The notes under the pieces are model-generated. The model did not search any database. It was not told the origin of the DNA and saw nothing but the letters and a program-made list of their open reading frames with translations. From NCBI GenBank assembly GCA_964016885.1, contig CAXHJY010001591.1, forward strand, positions 124,001 to 188,000: a DNA stretch of 64,000 nucleotides, given 5' to 3'. Position 1 is the first letter of the stretch; every line of letters starts with the position of its first letter. Position numbers and translations under genes: made by a program. The stretch is from Eledone cirrhosa (lineage: Eukaryota). Of the stretch, positions 21,880 through 34,640 are shown one piece after another.

Positions 21880-24705
21880 TATTACAAAGACAAAAATTTA
21901 CGAAGTATGTACACGGTATTTGTTAAAACTATATTTGGGTTTTATAGATGCCAGGTGTACCAGGTATGTTTTCTAGAAACTGTTGAACATCTTTCTTTAT
22001 GACACCGAGAGCTCCTATCACTACTGGAATAGTTTGTGTTTTAAGGTGCCACATTCTGTTTATCTCAATTTCTACATTTTTATATTTAGCAAGTTTCTCA
22101 TACTCTTTTGCTGACACATTTCTATCAGATGGTACAGCCATGCCAATGAGTAAACAGGTCTTGTTTTTTAAAATCTTTAATAAAAAATATCAGTGGTTTT
22201 CATAAATAGTGCGATCTGAGTGAATGGTAAAGTCCCAAAGGATTGTTTCTCCTTCAGTCTCAGTTACTGGTTATGGTTTGTGTTCATACCAGTTTTCTGC
22301 ATGTTCTGCATTGTATGTCTTGCATTATTATCCAGTGGGTAGAAATAAGAGGGATCAGATGTTGTTTACTCGAGAGAAGGCTACGTTGGTACGGTCACGT
22401 GATGCGCATGAAAGACGACAGCTGTATAACAAAGTGCAGGGCAATAAAGATAGATGGTAGCCACGGAGTAGGCAGACCCAGAAAAACATGGGACGAGCTG
22501 ATAAATTCCGACCTCACACGCTTACACCTCTCCAAGACAATGTCACTGGACCGAGACCTTTGGCGGTACTCAGTAATAGAGAAGACCCGCCTTACCTAAA
22601 TACAAAGTAAAAACCTACTACAGTCAGTAGGCATCTCTATCAAAACACACCCCCGTCCCACCACCTCCACCCCACCCACACCGCCCCTTTCAATGTAAAG
22701 TTATGTTGGTCCCACAACATCCAGGCCGAAACAAATGAGATCGTGTAGGTGTCACGACAAAAAACACACAGTTCACGCTGTAAATGTGGCCGTGTAGGCA
22801 ACACGGTAAAAACCTCCCAGCCCCACACTGTAAATGTGGTTGGTGTTAGGAAGGGCATCCAGCTGTAGAAAACCCGCCAGACAGTCCTATGCGAGCAAGA
22901 CAACCACTCTTGCCTCAAGTGGGAAAACCCTCGTCCAAACCCATGCAAGCGTGGAACACGGACGCTAAACCTGATGATGATGATGATGATGATGGGTATA
23001 TTGCTCCACTCTATCATGTCTAAACTCATATTCAGTTGGTGCTAGTGTGGGACATCCTGATATTATATGGTCAGTTATTTCAAGCTGTACATCACATATC
23101 CTGCATTTGGGATCTGCTCCATTTCTGAGAATATTTGCCTGATAATTCCAAGTAAAGAAGCATTGGTCCTGGGCAGTTTTTAATCCCGAACTTCATAGCA
23201 CACTGATAGGTATGTGCTTGATCTACATTAGCATCTTGGGTGCAAAGTGGGAATTGGCAGTGCAGAGGTTTTTGTTGCCATCTATCTCTAAATGGTTTTA
23301 GACCTTTCAGCTTTGATTTGCTTCTGTGGATGTTTGCTGCTATAGTTGGAATTAGGTCAGCTTCATTATGTATGTCTTCAGTTTTTAATTCTTTCCTGTA
23401 CTTTCCTGGAGTTTCTTTTGGGTTTTGTGTTCTCTTACTAACACCATCATCCAGTCATTGGTGCTCTCTACGTCCATTTGTAAGCCTATTGTAGCTATTT
23501 TGTATGACAGTTCCAGTTGGATTAGTCCCCCCCTCCCCCACCTTTCATGTCTTGGCAACTATGGGTGATCTACATCTGCCTTGGGGTAATGCATTTTGTT
23601 GGCTGTAAGGAGTTTGTGAGTTTTGAACTCCATTCTTTGAAGATCAGATAGTTCCAATTGATGATGTTATAACTGTATCATACCACTGGTACAGCTAAAG
23701 TGTTTACAGCCTGGAAACAATTTTTAGAAAATAGTTCAGTTTTCAGGATCACCATTACTCTTCTGTAGAATTCTTTCCATATTTTCTTCTTTATTTGATT
23801 GTGTTTAATTCCATCATCTTCGTTTATACCAAGATATTTACCAAGATAGTACCTTCTGGATCTAACTCCTGTATGATTATATCTATATCGAGTTTAATAG
23901 GTGATGTTTTTTGTTAGCTTTCCTCTTTTAAACATTGCTTTGCCCCATTTGTCAAAGCCAATTCCATGTAATTTCTAAATTGCTTCACAGTTGTTAAAAG
24001 TCCTTCTAACACTTGATTTCTTTTAGTATGTAATTTTAGGTCATCCATAAAAAACAAATAGTTAACGATCTTATTGTTGCTGTTCATCTTATACCCATAT
24101 CCCATGTTGTTGAGCTCATTTGATATTGGAAAGAGAGCTAGGCAAAAGAGAGGGAGTCACCTTGAAATATTTCACAATTAATTTTAATTTTATCTGACTT
24201 TATAACTCCCTTGTTGTGGTTTAAAAAGAGGGTTGTACTCCATTTTGTCATGTCGACTTGTAACAAATCAGATATTATGGGAGAGATTTTGTAAATTTCT
24301 AGGGCTTCGAATATCCATTCATGTGGCATACTGTTAAATGCTTTTCTATAATCAATCCAAGCAGTGCTTAGATTTTTCTTTTTGGATCAACAACTTTCTA
24401 TAATCGTCTTATTAATAGTTGGTTTTTGTACCCATATGAGTTCTGCTTTCCTCCTTTTTGTTCTTGTGGAATGATTTCATTTTCATCAAGGTATTTGTAT
24501 CTTCACTTAGTTAGTATAGATATCAGGATTTTATAAGTCGTAGTGACACAAGTTATTGGCCGATAGATTTTTGTTTTTTTTGGTAGTGAGGTCTTAGTTG
24601 TTTTGGAGAGAAGGTATGTTGTGCCTTGTGTCAACCAGTTCGGGGTTTCATTCAGATTTTGTATTATAGATATAATTTCACTAGCAAGTTCTTTATATAT
24701 CCCTG
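21880..24705 (-). mobile_element. R4/Dong-like RLE non-LTR retrotransposon, degenerate, interrupted by an RTE 3' end
   Basis: YRPITCVTTTYKIL, IFQGDSLS, LFFMDDLKL and the restriction-like endonuclease end MAVPSDRNVSAKEYEKLAKYK...IPVVIGALG. Confidence 0.85.
22335..22995 (+). mobile_element. RTE LINE 3' end inserted in the R4-like element
   Basis: RLRWYGHVMRMKDDS...GRPRKTW, 3' UTR and (GAT)n tail. Confidence 0.85.
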
Positions 24706-26400
24706 TAAGAGGTTGTGTGGTGGACAAGGCTGAAAGGACTGAAAACAGACACTTTCCTCTTCGGTCAATCGCTCATCAACTTTTTCAAGTTTCACTTGGA
24801 GAGAAAGGTGAGGATGGAGAGGGAAGTGCTGCTCCCAGTACATTTGCTAAAAGGTGGGTGAATGTTGTGAGGATGGCCCGTTGAATTGGCCTACTCTGAC
24901 CGTGCACCTGTAGGCTGGCTGATTTGGAGCATCAGGTGGTTCAGGACTGGTGGGGTTCTTGAGTTGCCCCTGGGTGGACCTCCCACCCATTGGGGAATTT
25001 TCGTTGTTGTAATTCTTTTGTTTATTGTTATTTGTTAATTTGTTTTTACTTGATTGTATTGTCCCCTATATGTTGGCCCTTGTGGCTAATAAAGAAACCC
25101 CCACCCCACCCCCACCAAAGGTATTTAATCCTTTTTTTACTTTTTCTATAAGTAAACCTGCTTGTTGCACAGTGGCATCTACTTGGTGGTCAAAGTCAAC
25201 GGCCACCTATCAGAACCATTCCAGATCACTCATTCTGTTCATCAAGTGTTCCCTCTCCCCTCCCTTCTGTATGTGCTGACTCTTAAGCTATTACTGTGAA
25301 AGCTGGAGTTGTTGCAGTGCATGCCACTTGAACTAGGATATGGAAGAGCTGCATTAGCATATGCATACATCACCATGATGGTCTTGAACAACTCAGAAAT
25401 CAAGGTGATCGGCAACTTCTTAGAGGAATATGAAAGGCTGACGGGAGCAAAGATCAACCCGGAAAAGTTGGTGGGTTTGAATTTCGGCACCTGGAGAAGC
25501 CAATCTATATCATTCAACAGCGTCATTAGAAGATGGCTGGATGGACTGGTGAAATTGCTTGGGGACTGGTTTGAGCCAGACATCCAGGTGCTGAAGAACT
25601 GGGCTGAGGTAACAAGCAGAGTGGCCACCCTCACCCAGAAGTGGGTCAAGAGGAAGCTATCCTTGAAAGGTCAGCAAATGTAGTGAATGCGTACATTGTG
25701 TCCGTCATCTACTATCGCTTGATCATTGTGCCTTATATGTGTTCACACCTCATCAAATTGGAATGCCTGCTATTCAACTTCTTGTGGAAGGTTCTATTGG
25801 TGAAGAGGTCTATCTGCAACCAGCACCCTATACACGGAGGGCTAGGCAAAGCATAGCTGATGATATGCAACCATGCGCTTGGGCTATGGCATCTTCAGAT
25901 ATTCCTAAACAGTGAACAAGTGTGGTCGCATTTTCTCTGATGGGCTTTTCTGCAGCTCATCTCTTTGACTGAGCTGCAGGCATGAGTCACGTGAAGACCA
26001 TGACTGGATGCCTGGCATCTTGAATGTTGTCAGGTGCTCACTGTCACTCAGGCAATGCGTCAGTGAAAATTTCATTCTAGAGTTCTATAGAGGACTAGTG
26101 GTGCGTAAGTGCAATGATGTTCTCAGAAGGGTTCTGGGTATCGACAAAATCAAAATGACCAGTCTGTTTTGGAGAACTTTCAAACTGGGGACTCTGGACA
26201 ACTTTCAGATATCCCTGTCTTGGCAGTGCTATCAGGGGGAAAGATAAACTTTACAGGCATGGGAATGCTGTTAGAGATGCACACAGGGTGAGAAAACCAT
26301 TCTGCACGCACTTATCCAGTGTCCGTGCATTACTGAGGATGGATTTGGCTATCAAATGAGTCCATCATGAAATTTGCCTTGCTGCTTTCTTTTTTCCATG
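24706..26400 (+). mobile_element. Tx1/L1-clade LINE fragments (a 3' tail followed by a second ORF2 piece)
   Basis: Tail ending ccttgtggctaataaagaaa at ~25095; then LTGAKINPEK, LTQKWVKRKLSLKG, QHPIHGGLG. Confidence 0.75.
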
Positions 26401-26561
26401 TGGTGCATTTTATGAGTGTTAGTGTTGTTATTTTACTCATAGATGTAGCATTTTATAAGGTTGACTAACAATAATGCCTACACCAATGAAAGCTATACGC
26501 ATCTAAAATAGTTGCAAAACAAAAAGAAGAGATGGAGAGCAAGGGCTAAAATATGACTTAC

Positions 26562-26712
26562 TTGTGATGAGTGTAGCTGCGTGGGATGAGTACACAGAAT
26601 GTGTTTAATGCAAACACTAAAGCAGGAAGTGAACAGCACGCAATAGCATAGCCACCCCATTCAATTATTTCTCCAAATAAATTGGCAGCAGTTATATAAT
26701 TGAACATTCCAC
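26562..26712 (-). CDS. SRD5A1: SRD5A1-like coding exon 4
   Basis: Acceptor attttcag|G; reads (G)GMFNYITAANLFGEIIEWGGYAIACCSLPALVFALNTFCVLIPRSYTHH(K), containing the NADPH-binding NxxGExxEW motif; donor AA|gtaagt. 151 nt. Confidence 0.95.
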
Positions 26713-27699
26713 CTGAAAATAAAAAATTGAATAAATTATTATTATGGAAAGTTAACCTTAGTGAGATTTGAACTGAAAATGTAAAGAGCTAGAAGAAAAT
26801 AACTTGCAGAAATTTATTCCGCATCTTGGTACTCTGAGTCCAAATAACCCCAAGGTCAACTTTACTTTTCATCCCTTCGAGATCAATAAATAAAGTATTA
26901 GTCAAGTACTGGAGTTTATTTAATTGACGAAGCCCACCTAAACAATTTCTGGTCTCATGCCAATGTTAAAAACAATTATTAAGGGTTAGTGGATAGGCAG
27001 AATCATTAGAGTGTCAGACAAAAGGCTATGAGATATTTGTTCTGGTTCTTAACATTCTGACTTCATATCCTGCAGCGGTCAACTTCACCCTTTGTCCTTT
27101 TGGGGTTGATAAAAATGCTGAAAAAAAAAATACTAAAATGTGTGCTCCACTAAGGTACTGTACACAGTTGATTATTTTATTCTATTTTAATAAGGCTTTA
27201 ATTATACCATGCGGACCGTTAGAAGCCCAATGCTTGCTCTAGACATTCGGTCACTTCTACCTATTTCTTAGCCTATGACACATTCCTTTTTCCTTGTTTA
27301 TTATGAACAGCGGTTCAAACTCTATTGTCTCTCTTCACAGGAGGTGAAAACATAACTTGATTTAAACTGCTCCCTTTCTATTCCTTTTTTTTTGTCTGTA
27401 CTACATTGTGCTCCATTAAGGAACTGTACACAGTTGATTATTTTGTGTCCCATCCCCCCCCCCCCCCCACTCACCACTCACCACTATATCTTGATCGACC
27501 AAGCAACCAATAAGCGAGCTAGAACTTTGTAGCTCACACACCACCCCAGGAACTACTACCACCACTCCTCCTACCAGTAATACTATCACCATTGTTATAA
27601 GGCTTGGATGAACTTTTGCTGGATGAACTACAAAGTTGAAGAAGCCTTTCTTAAATGTGTATAAGACCACACTCCACGCTAGGCTAGCCACATATAATA

Positions 27700-29449
27700 A
27701 TGATTTCTTTATTGGCCACAAGGGTTGACACCAAGAAAAACATTACAGACGGCACAGGACGGTATGATGTGGGTTTTGTGCGTGTAAAGATTTTTATTAT
27801 TTATATAAGAAAAAAAAAAAAAGACATAGAAACATATATATATATATAAACAATAAAAATGAAAATTGAAACAATGAAAAATTCCCCAATAGGGGGGAAG
27901 CCTCCGAGAGTTACTCGTGGCAAAAACCACACAAAAGATTATGGCCACCCTGACGACCAGAGCAAGCGCCCTCTCTCAATTTTTCCATTTCTCAAATTAC
28001 AGGTGTATATTCAGAGCGGTCCCGTTCACTCGGACAATTCTCGCTACATTCACCCACCTTTCAACAAACTTGCTAGAAGGCAGCACTTGCCTCTCCACCC
28101 TGATTTTCCTCTTAAAGTGAAACTTGAAAAAGTTAATTAGGGATTCGCCGAAGAGGAAAGTGTCTGTCTTTCACCCTTTCAACCTTGTCCACTACACAAT
28201 CTCTTTCGTCATGGCCACCAGGCAGATGAAAACCGCCTACCCTTCCACCTCGAAGGAAGACGGCAAGACCATCTGCACAATGGACTCAGTCGATAACCGG
28301 ATCAGTCCTACACGCGACAGCAACTGTTCGACATAGCTCCACAAGTCAGCAATGCTTGGGCACTGAATGAGTGCGTGCACGACGGTTTCATCGTTCTACG
28401 TGCATCTCGGACAGGCTCGGCTGACGGCACTTCCGTGCCTGTGGAGCTTATCTCAAACCGGCAGCGCTCCCCGGTAGCACTGCCAGGCCAGGGATTTTGG
28501 GAAGTTATCCATAGGCTCTGGGCTGAAAGTTCTCCAGAAGAGAGCAAACAGCTGATCTTCTCCGACGCCCAGGATCTCTCCAAGAACGTCATCGCTCTTC
28601 CCCTCCACTAGTCCTCTATAGAACGCCGAGGTGGATGTTCCACCGATACTGGTGCCCAGCTGGGAGAGGGCAGTGAGCGCCTGGAGACATTCCAGTTTCT
28701 AAGCGCTATCCCTCGGTCTTTTCCTGACCCAGGACTGCAGCTCCGTCAAGGAGACAAGTTGTGGGAAAACGTGCCTGGCGAACAGCAACCACACCTGTTC
28801 ACCATCAAGGAAACACCAGAGATGTCGCAGCCTCAGCGCATGTTTACGCATCATCAGCCATGGCATGCCCAGTCCTCCACGCAACGGGTGTTGACAGCAG
28901 ATGGATCGTCTAACCATGGGAGCGTGTCCCTTTCACAAAAAGCAGAAGAGGAGGCGCTCCATTTTGGTGAGAGTTGGGCTGGAGCAAGGGACGACGGTGA
29001 GGCGGGAGCAGATGACAGATGCGATGTACGCATTCGCCACCTCCGACTATTCCAGGTTTATCTTTGCTCCTGTCACCGCTTTGTATTCCTTGAGAGCGGT
29101 GCCGAGCATCTGGACGTGTCTGGACGTGTCTTTTGCATTGAAGAATTGGTCGAGTGCCAATCTCGCCGCAAGCACGTCGGTTGTGATGCCTGTCCTAAAC
29201 GCCTCTTCTAGCTTTCTGACTAGCTCTCCCTCTACTCTATTTTCCTCTATCACTAGTCCTTTGCTAAACCTAATCGACTCTACTTTTGGCACAAGGCCAG
29301 CAAATACCCAGTACATTACTGGTACTTTATTTTATCAACCCCGTAAGGATGAAAGGCAAAGTTAACCTCGGCGGGATTTGAACTCAGACCATAAAGGACC
29401 GTAACTCCTTGCTGCAAAGCATGGCGTCCGACCCTCTACCGATACTGCC

Positions 29450-29488
<39 letters not shown>

Positions 29489-30960
29489 CTTTCTTTGTTG
29501 GCCACAATAAATTTAAGCAACAAAAATTCTCCAATACGGGGGAAACTTCCAAGGGTCACATGTGGCGAAAACCACACAAAAGACCACAGCCACCCTGACC
29601 ACCAGGGCAGCGCCCTCTCTCAGACTACAGGCATATACTCAGACCAGACTCGCCAATTTCACCCACCTTTCAACAAAATTACTAGAAGACAGCACTTGTC
29701 TCTCCACTCTGATTTTCCCCTTTAAGTGAAATTTGAAAAAATTAATCAGAGATTCGCCAAAGAGGAAAGTGTCCATCTTCAATCCTTTCAACCTTGTCCA
29801 CCATACAATCTCTTTCGCCATGGCCACCAGGCAGATGAAAACTGCCTGCCCTTCCTCCTCCTTAAAGGAGGATGGCGGGGCTATCTGCACAATGGACTCA
29901 GTCAATAACCGGATCCGTCCTACGCATGACAGCAAATGTTTGACATAGCTCCACAAGTCAGCAATGCTCGGACACTGAACGAGTGTTTGCACAATGGTTT
30001 CGTCGCTCTGTGCGCATCTCGGACAGGTTCGGCTGACGTCACTTCTGTGCCTGTAGAACTTATCTTGAACCGGCAACGCTCCCCGGTAGCACTGCCAAGC
30101 CAGGGATTTCTGGAAGTTGTTCATAGCCCCCGAGCTGAAAGTTCTCTTGAAGAGAGCGAACAGCTGATCGTCTTCAATGCCCAGGGTCTCCCTGAGAATG
30201 TTGTCACTCTTCCCCTCCACTAGTCCTCTATAATAATAATAATAATGTTTTCTTTATTAACCACAAGGGATGACATAAAGTATAACATTAAGGACAGCAC
30301 AGGACGGTACAAATGGGCATTTCTGCGTGTAAAGAAAAAACAAAGGGAATGACAAAAAAAGAAACAAAGGAAAATTCCCCAAGAGGGGGGAGACTTCCGA
30401 GGGTCACTCATGGAGAAAGCCCATTAAAAAAGCCACGGTGACCCTGACCACCAGGGCAAGTGCCTTCTCCCAGTTTTCCACCTCCAATCTACAGGCGCAT
30501 ACTCAGAGCAGGCCCATTCACTCGAGCCATGCTTGCCTCTCTCACCCATCTTTCAACAAATTGCTGGGAAGGGAGCACTCCCCTCACCACCCTGATTTTC
30601 CTTTTCAAATGAAATTTGAAAAAGTTAATCAGGGCATCACCGAAGAGGTAAGTGCTTGTCTTCAGCCCTTTCAAACACGTCCACCACACAACCTCTTTTG
30701 CCATCGCCACCAGGCAGATAAAAACTGCCTGCTCTTCCTAGCTAAAGGAAAATGCCGGGGCAATCCTCATGATAGACTCAGCTGTTAACCACAAGGGTTG
30801 ACATAAAGTATAACATTAAGGACAGCACAGTACATAACGGTACAAATGGGCATTTCTGCATGTAAAAAAAAAAAGAATTATATATATAAAAACAAAAACA
30901 AAGAATGTAACAAAAAAATGAAACAAGGAAAATTTCACCCAATAGGGTAACTCATGGAGA
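27700..30960 (-). mobile_element. Cluster of at least four tandem Tx1/L1-clade LINE 3' ends with an interspersed SINE
   Basis: Tails (ttctttattggccacaaggg type) at ~27700, 29490, 30250 and 30790; ORF2 C-termini CPRCAQSDET...QCP and LINFFKFHLK..RVER; QHPLRGGLGMP. Confidence 0.85.
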
Positions 30961-31239
30961 ATAATGATAATAATAATTGTTTCTACTTTAGGCACAAGGC
31001 CAGCAATTACCCAGTACATTACTGGTACTTTATTTTATCGACCCCGTAAGAATGAAAGGCAAAGTTAACCTCAGAGGGATTTGATCTCAGATCATAAAGG
31101 ACGTAACTCTATGCTTCAAAGCATGGTGTCCGACCCTCTAGCGATACTGCCAATCTACTCGGCAGGATTTGAACTCAGACCGTAACTCTATGCTGCAAAG
31201 AATGGTGTCTGATGCTCTACCGATACAGCCAAACCACCA

Positions 31240-31342
31240 ATAGTGGTGATAGTGATGGTAATGATGATAGTGGTAATGGTGATAATGACGCCGATAATGG
31301 TAATAGTGATGATAATAATAAAAATGGTAATGGTAGTGATAA
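31240..31342. repeat. (RAT/TGG/TAA)n trinucleotide low-complexity tract
   Basis: Directly visible. Confidence 0.8.
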
Positions 31343-34300
31343 TAATAATAGCTGAAGAGTAAAAAATACTGCATTGGTGACCAGCGCAGGATAGTTCACT
31401 TCAACTTTAAGGTTTGAGGGCCCTTTAAAGATGATTACGTCACCCTCTAGAGATGGTGTCTCAAAAACAATCACTGGTTAGAGTGGAACCTTAAAACCAC
31501 TAACCTCAATGAGTGAAATGAATCAAAATATTTGTTTACACAAAGACGTGAAAGGTGCTGGAGTTACTAGTGAAGGTGCCTCGTCCAGCAGGTGCCCTGT
31601 GATTGAGCAGCACAGGCCATCTCATCCTGACACTGCTAGAATGATGTGGAGTAAGGAGGTAGACAAAGTTGTTATAGGGTGTATTTTAGAAGAAAGCCTG
31701 TGAATGAAAATGGTGTGCCAGTTAGAGGATATAGACAAAGGATATTTTGAGTATGGCAGGAGATGGGGCTCTTTGAAGTAACTGAACAGAGGATTTGTGA
31801 TCAGGCAAAGAGCAATATGCGAAAACTGATGGCTATCTGAGATTGAGATTGAAATGATAAAGAAAAAGATAAACCAGGATGGTATGGAGAATATAGAAGC
31901 TCAGGATGTTGGAGATTCAAATAGAGATGAGAGTATGGAAAATGATGGAATCCAACAGGAAGAAGAGGAACTGAATATTCAAGAAGCAGGAGGTGACATT
32001 AACATTGATGTACCAAAGGACATATCAGAAAATGACAGACAGATTATTGCTAATATATTGGAGATCTCTAAATCAGGAGGCAGTAATAAAAAAAAATGTT
32101 TAAATTAAACCAACATCAGCTAAAAGAAATAACTAAGAAAGTAAACAACATCCTTGACAAGGTGCCAACTAGAACCATCACAGAAACCAACAATCTCATC
32201 AGCACTGCAAGTATCTCCATTGCTAAAGAATTAGGTCAGAAACAGACTACACCAAAACAGATTAAGGAACTATGGTGGAAAAGGAGAATTGAAGGGGACA
32301 TCAAAATTCTTAGGAAAGATATCAATATTCTGGAAAGGAAAAAAATGAGGTAAATTAAGAAAATGAAGAAAGATTGAACAACTTACAGGGAAGTACAATA
32401 TCGGGAATTGTAGGAAAAGAACACAATAGAAGTGTAGAGTGGCTGACTGACATTAAACATGAAATTGGGGATATTCAACAGGGAGAATTGGAGATAACAA
32501 CTGATATGGTAAATATCCAGTGTAGAAAGATACCAAATTAGAAAGCTCCCAGCAAAGACGGTGTGCAAGGGTTCTGGTTGAAAAATCTGAGGGCCCTTCA
32601 TGGGAGAATTGCTGAGTAACTAAATAAGATCTCCAATGGTAATGCATGAATACCTGGGAAAACACTACCTGCAGAGCAGAAGAGATGTAGGAGAAGAAGC
32701 AAGGGAACTAAGGATCAATAATTGATTGATAAGGCGATCCTTAAAGATTGTAAAAGGAGACACACAAATCTTGCCATGGCCTGGATCGATTACTGCATGG
32801 TGCCACATAGTTGGATAATAGAATGTTTGAAAATGTTTGGTATTGCAGCTAACATTAGACAATTTCTGGTGAGCAGTATGGATGGTTGGAAGACTGAGCT
32901 GACATTATGTAGACAAACATTGGGAGTTGTAAAGATCAAGAAAGGAATATTTCAGGGAGACAATCTTTCACCTTTGCTGTTTGTAATGTGTATGGTTCCA
33001 CATTCATTGGTGTTGAGAGGGTCTAAGGCTGGTTATGAGTGGGGAGGACGCAAGTTTAAGATAAACCATCTGCTGTTCATAGATGACCTTATGGGTAATC
33101 CTATAAACATATTGATTCCCTTATACGGACAGTTCATACATTCAGTATGGACATAGGAATGGAATTTGGCATAAAAAAAGTGTGGGGTGCTACTACTAAA
33201 GCGAGGTAGAATTAATAAGACAGAAGGAATTGAATTACCAGATGGACATGTTATGAAGGAAATTGATGACAATGGGCATAAAAACTTAAATATTCTGGAA
33301 ACAAACCAAATAAAAGAGAAGAAAATGAAAGAACTATTATCAAAGGAATATAAATGGAGACTGAAGTTGGTGTTAAAGACAAAGTTAAGTGGTAGAAATA
33401 AGATACTGGCTATCAACACATGGGCTGTTGCAGTGCTAAGGTATAGCACCCGTGTAATAGTGGAGATGTGATGAACTTAAGGAGCTTGATAGAAAGACCA
33501 GGAAAATGATGACATTTCAAAGGGGCTCTACACCCCAAACGTGATGTGGACAGATTGTATCTATCACAACAGAGAGGAGGAAGAGGTCTCATGAGCTGTG
33601 AAATATGTGTGAAGTCAGAAGAAAATAAACTGGCATGGTATGTAAAGAATTGCAGGGAAGGATTGTTGACAGGAGTAAGAAAGATAAAGGTGTCTTAAGC
33701 AGTGATGAAGCAAAGGAAAAGAGAGAATTTAAACAAGACAGACAGAATGCCACTTTGAATAGATGAAAGAAAAAAAATCTATGGACAATTCATACGTTAA
33801 ATGCCTGAGACAGTTGACAAAGATAGGAACTGGGAATAAACTAGGAAAAGTGACTTAAAAGCTGAAACTGAGGCCCTTATTTTGGCAGCACATGAACAGG
33901 CACTGAAAATGAATTATATCAAGTTCAATATTGACAAGTCAATGAATTCCCCACTTTGTAGGCTGTGTGTAAGAAAGGTGAGACAATAAACCACATTATT
34001 AGTGTCTGTAAGATGCTTGCTGAGAAAGACTACAAGAGAAGGCACAACAACATTGCCTGATTAGTTCATTGGAAGCTGTCATATGTATGACATGAGCAGA
34101 AGTGAGAAATGGTATGAACACGAACCAGAAAGGGTGGCTGAAAATGAACAGTATAAGGTCTTGTGGGACATAACCATCCAGAGTGACCATTTTATCGTGG
34201 CTAGAAAGCACGATATTGTTGTTTTAGAAAAGAAGATTAATAAGGCAGGAATTGTGGATATTACTTCATCATGGGACCACAGGGTGACTGAGAGGGAAAG

Positions 34301-34640
34301 TGAGAAAATTGAGAAATACCAGGAGCTGAAGTGAGAAATCAGGAAACTGGAGAGTCAGACACATAGAAGTGGTACTGATTGTGGTTGGCACACTGGGAGC
34401 AGTTAGTAGGGGGCTGGATGCATGGCTTGGGAAGCTAGGAATTACCATCAGGACAGGATTGTTGAAAACAGCCTTGCTGGGAACAGCAAGAATTCTAAGA
34501 ATGGTTTTGGAAAGTTGAAGAAGAAGGAATGACCCAAAGGACATTTGGCCATTTGGCTTATGGCTCACTCTTTTGGTACAGTGTTGGTGTAACATCTTCC
34601 AGAACAAAAGCAATATGAATAATGATAATAATATCATTAT
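31343..34640 (+). mobile_element. R4/Dong-clade RLE retrotransposon, near full length but decayed
   Basis: [58 protein letters not shown]...ETINHIISVC zinc knuckle, VLWDITIQSDH...DIVV...EKIEKY RLE domain; flanked by (AAT)n. Confidence 0.9.

Noticed and set aside
27140-27447. ~38-bp direct repeat (tgtgctcca.taagg.actgtacacagttgattatttt)
   Set aside because: Resembles the CR1 3' terminus seen at 63640; most simply two LINE tails.
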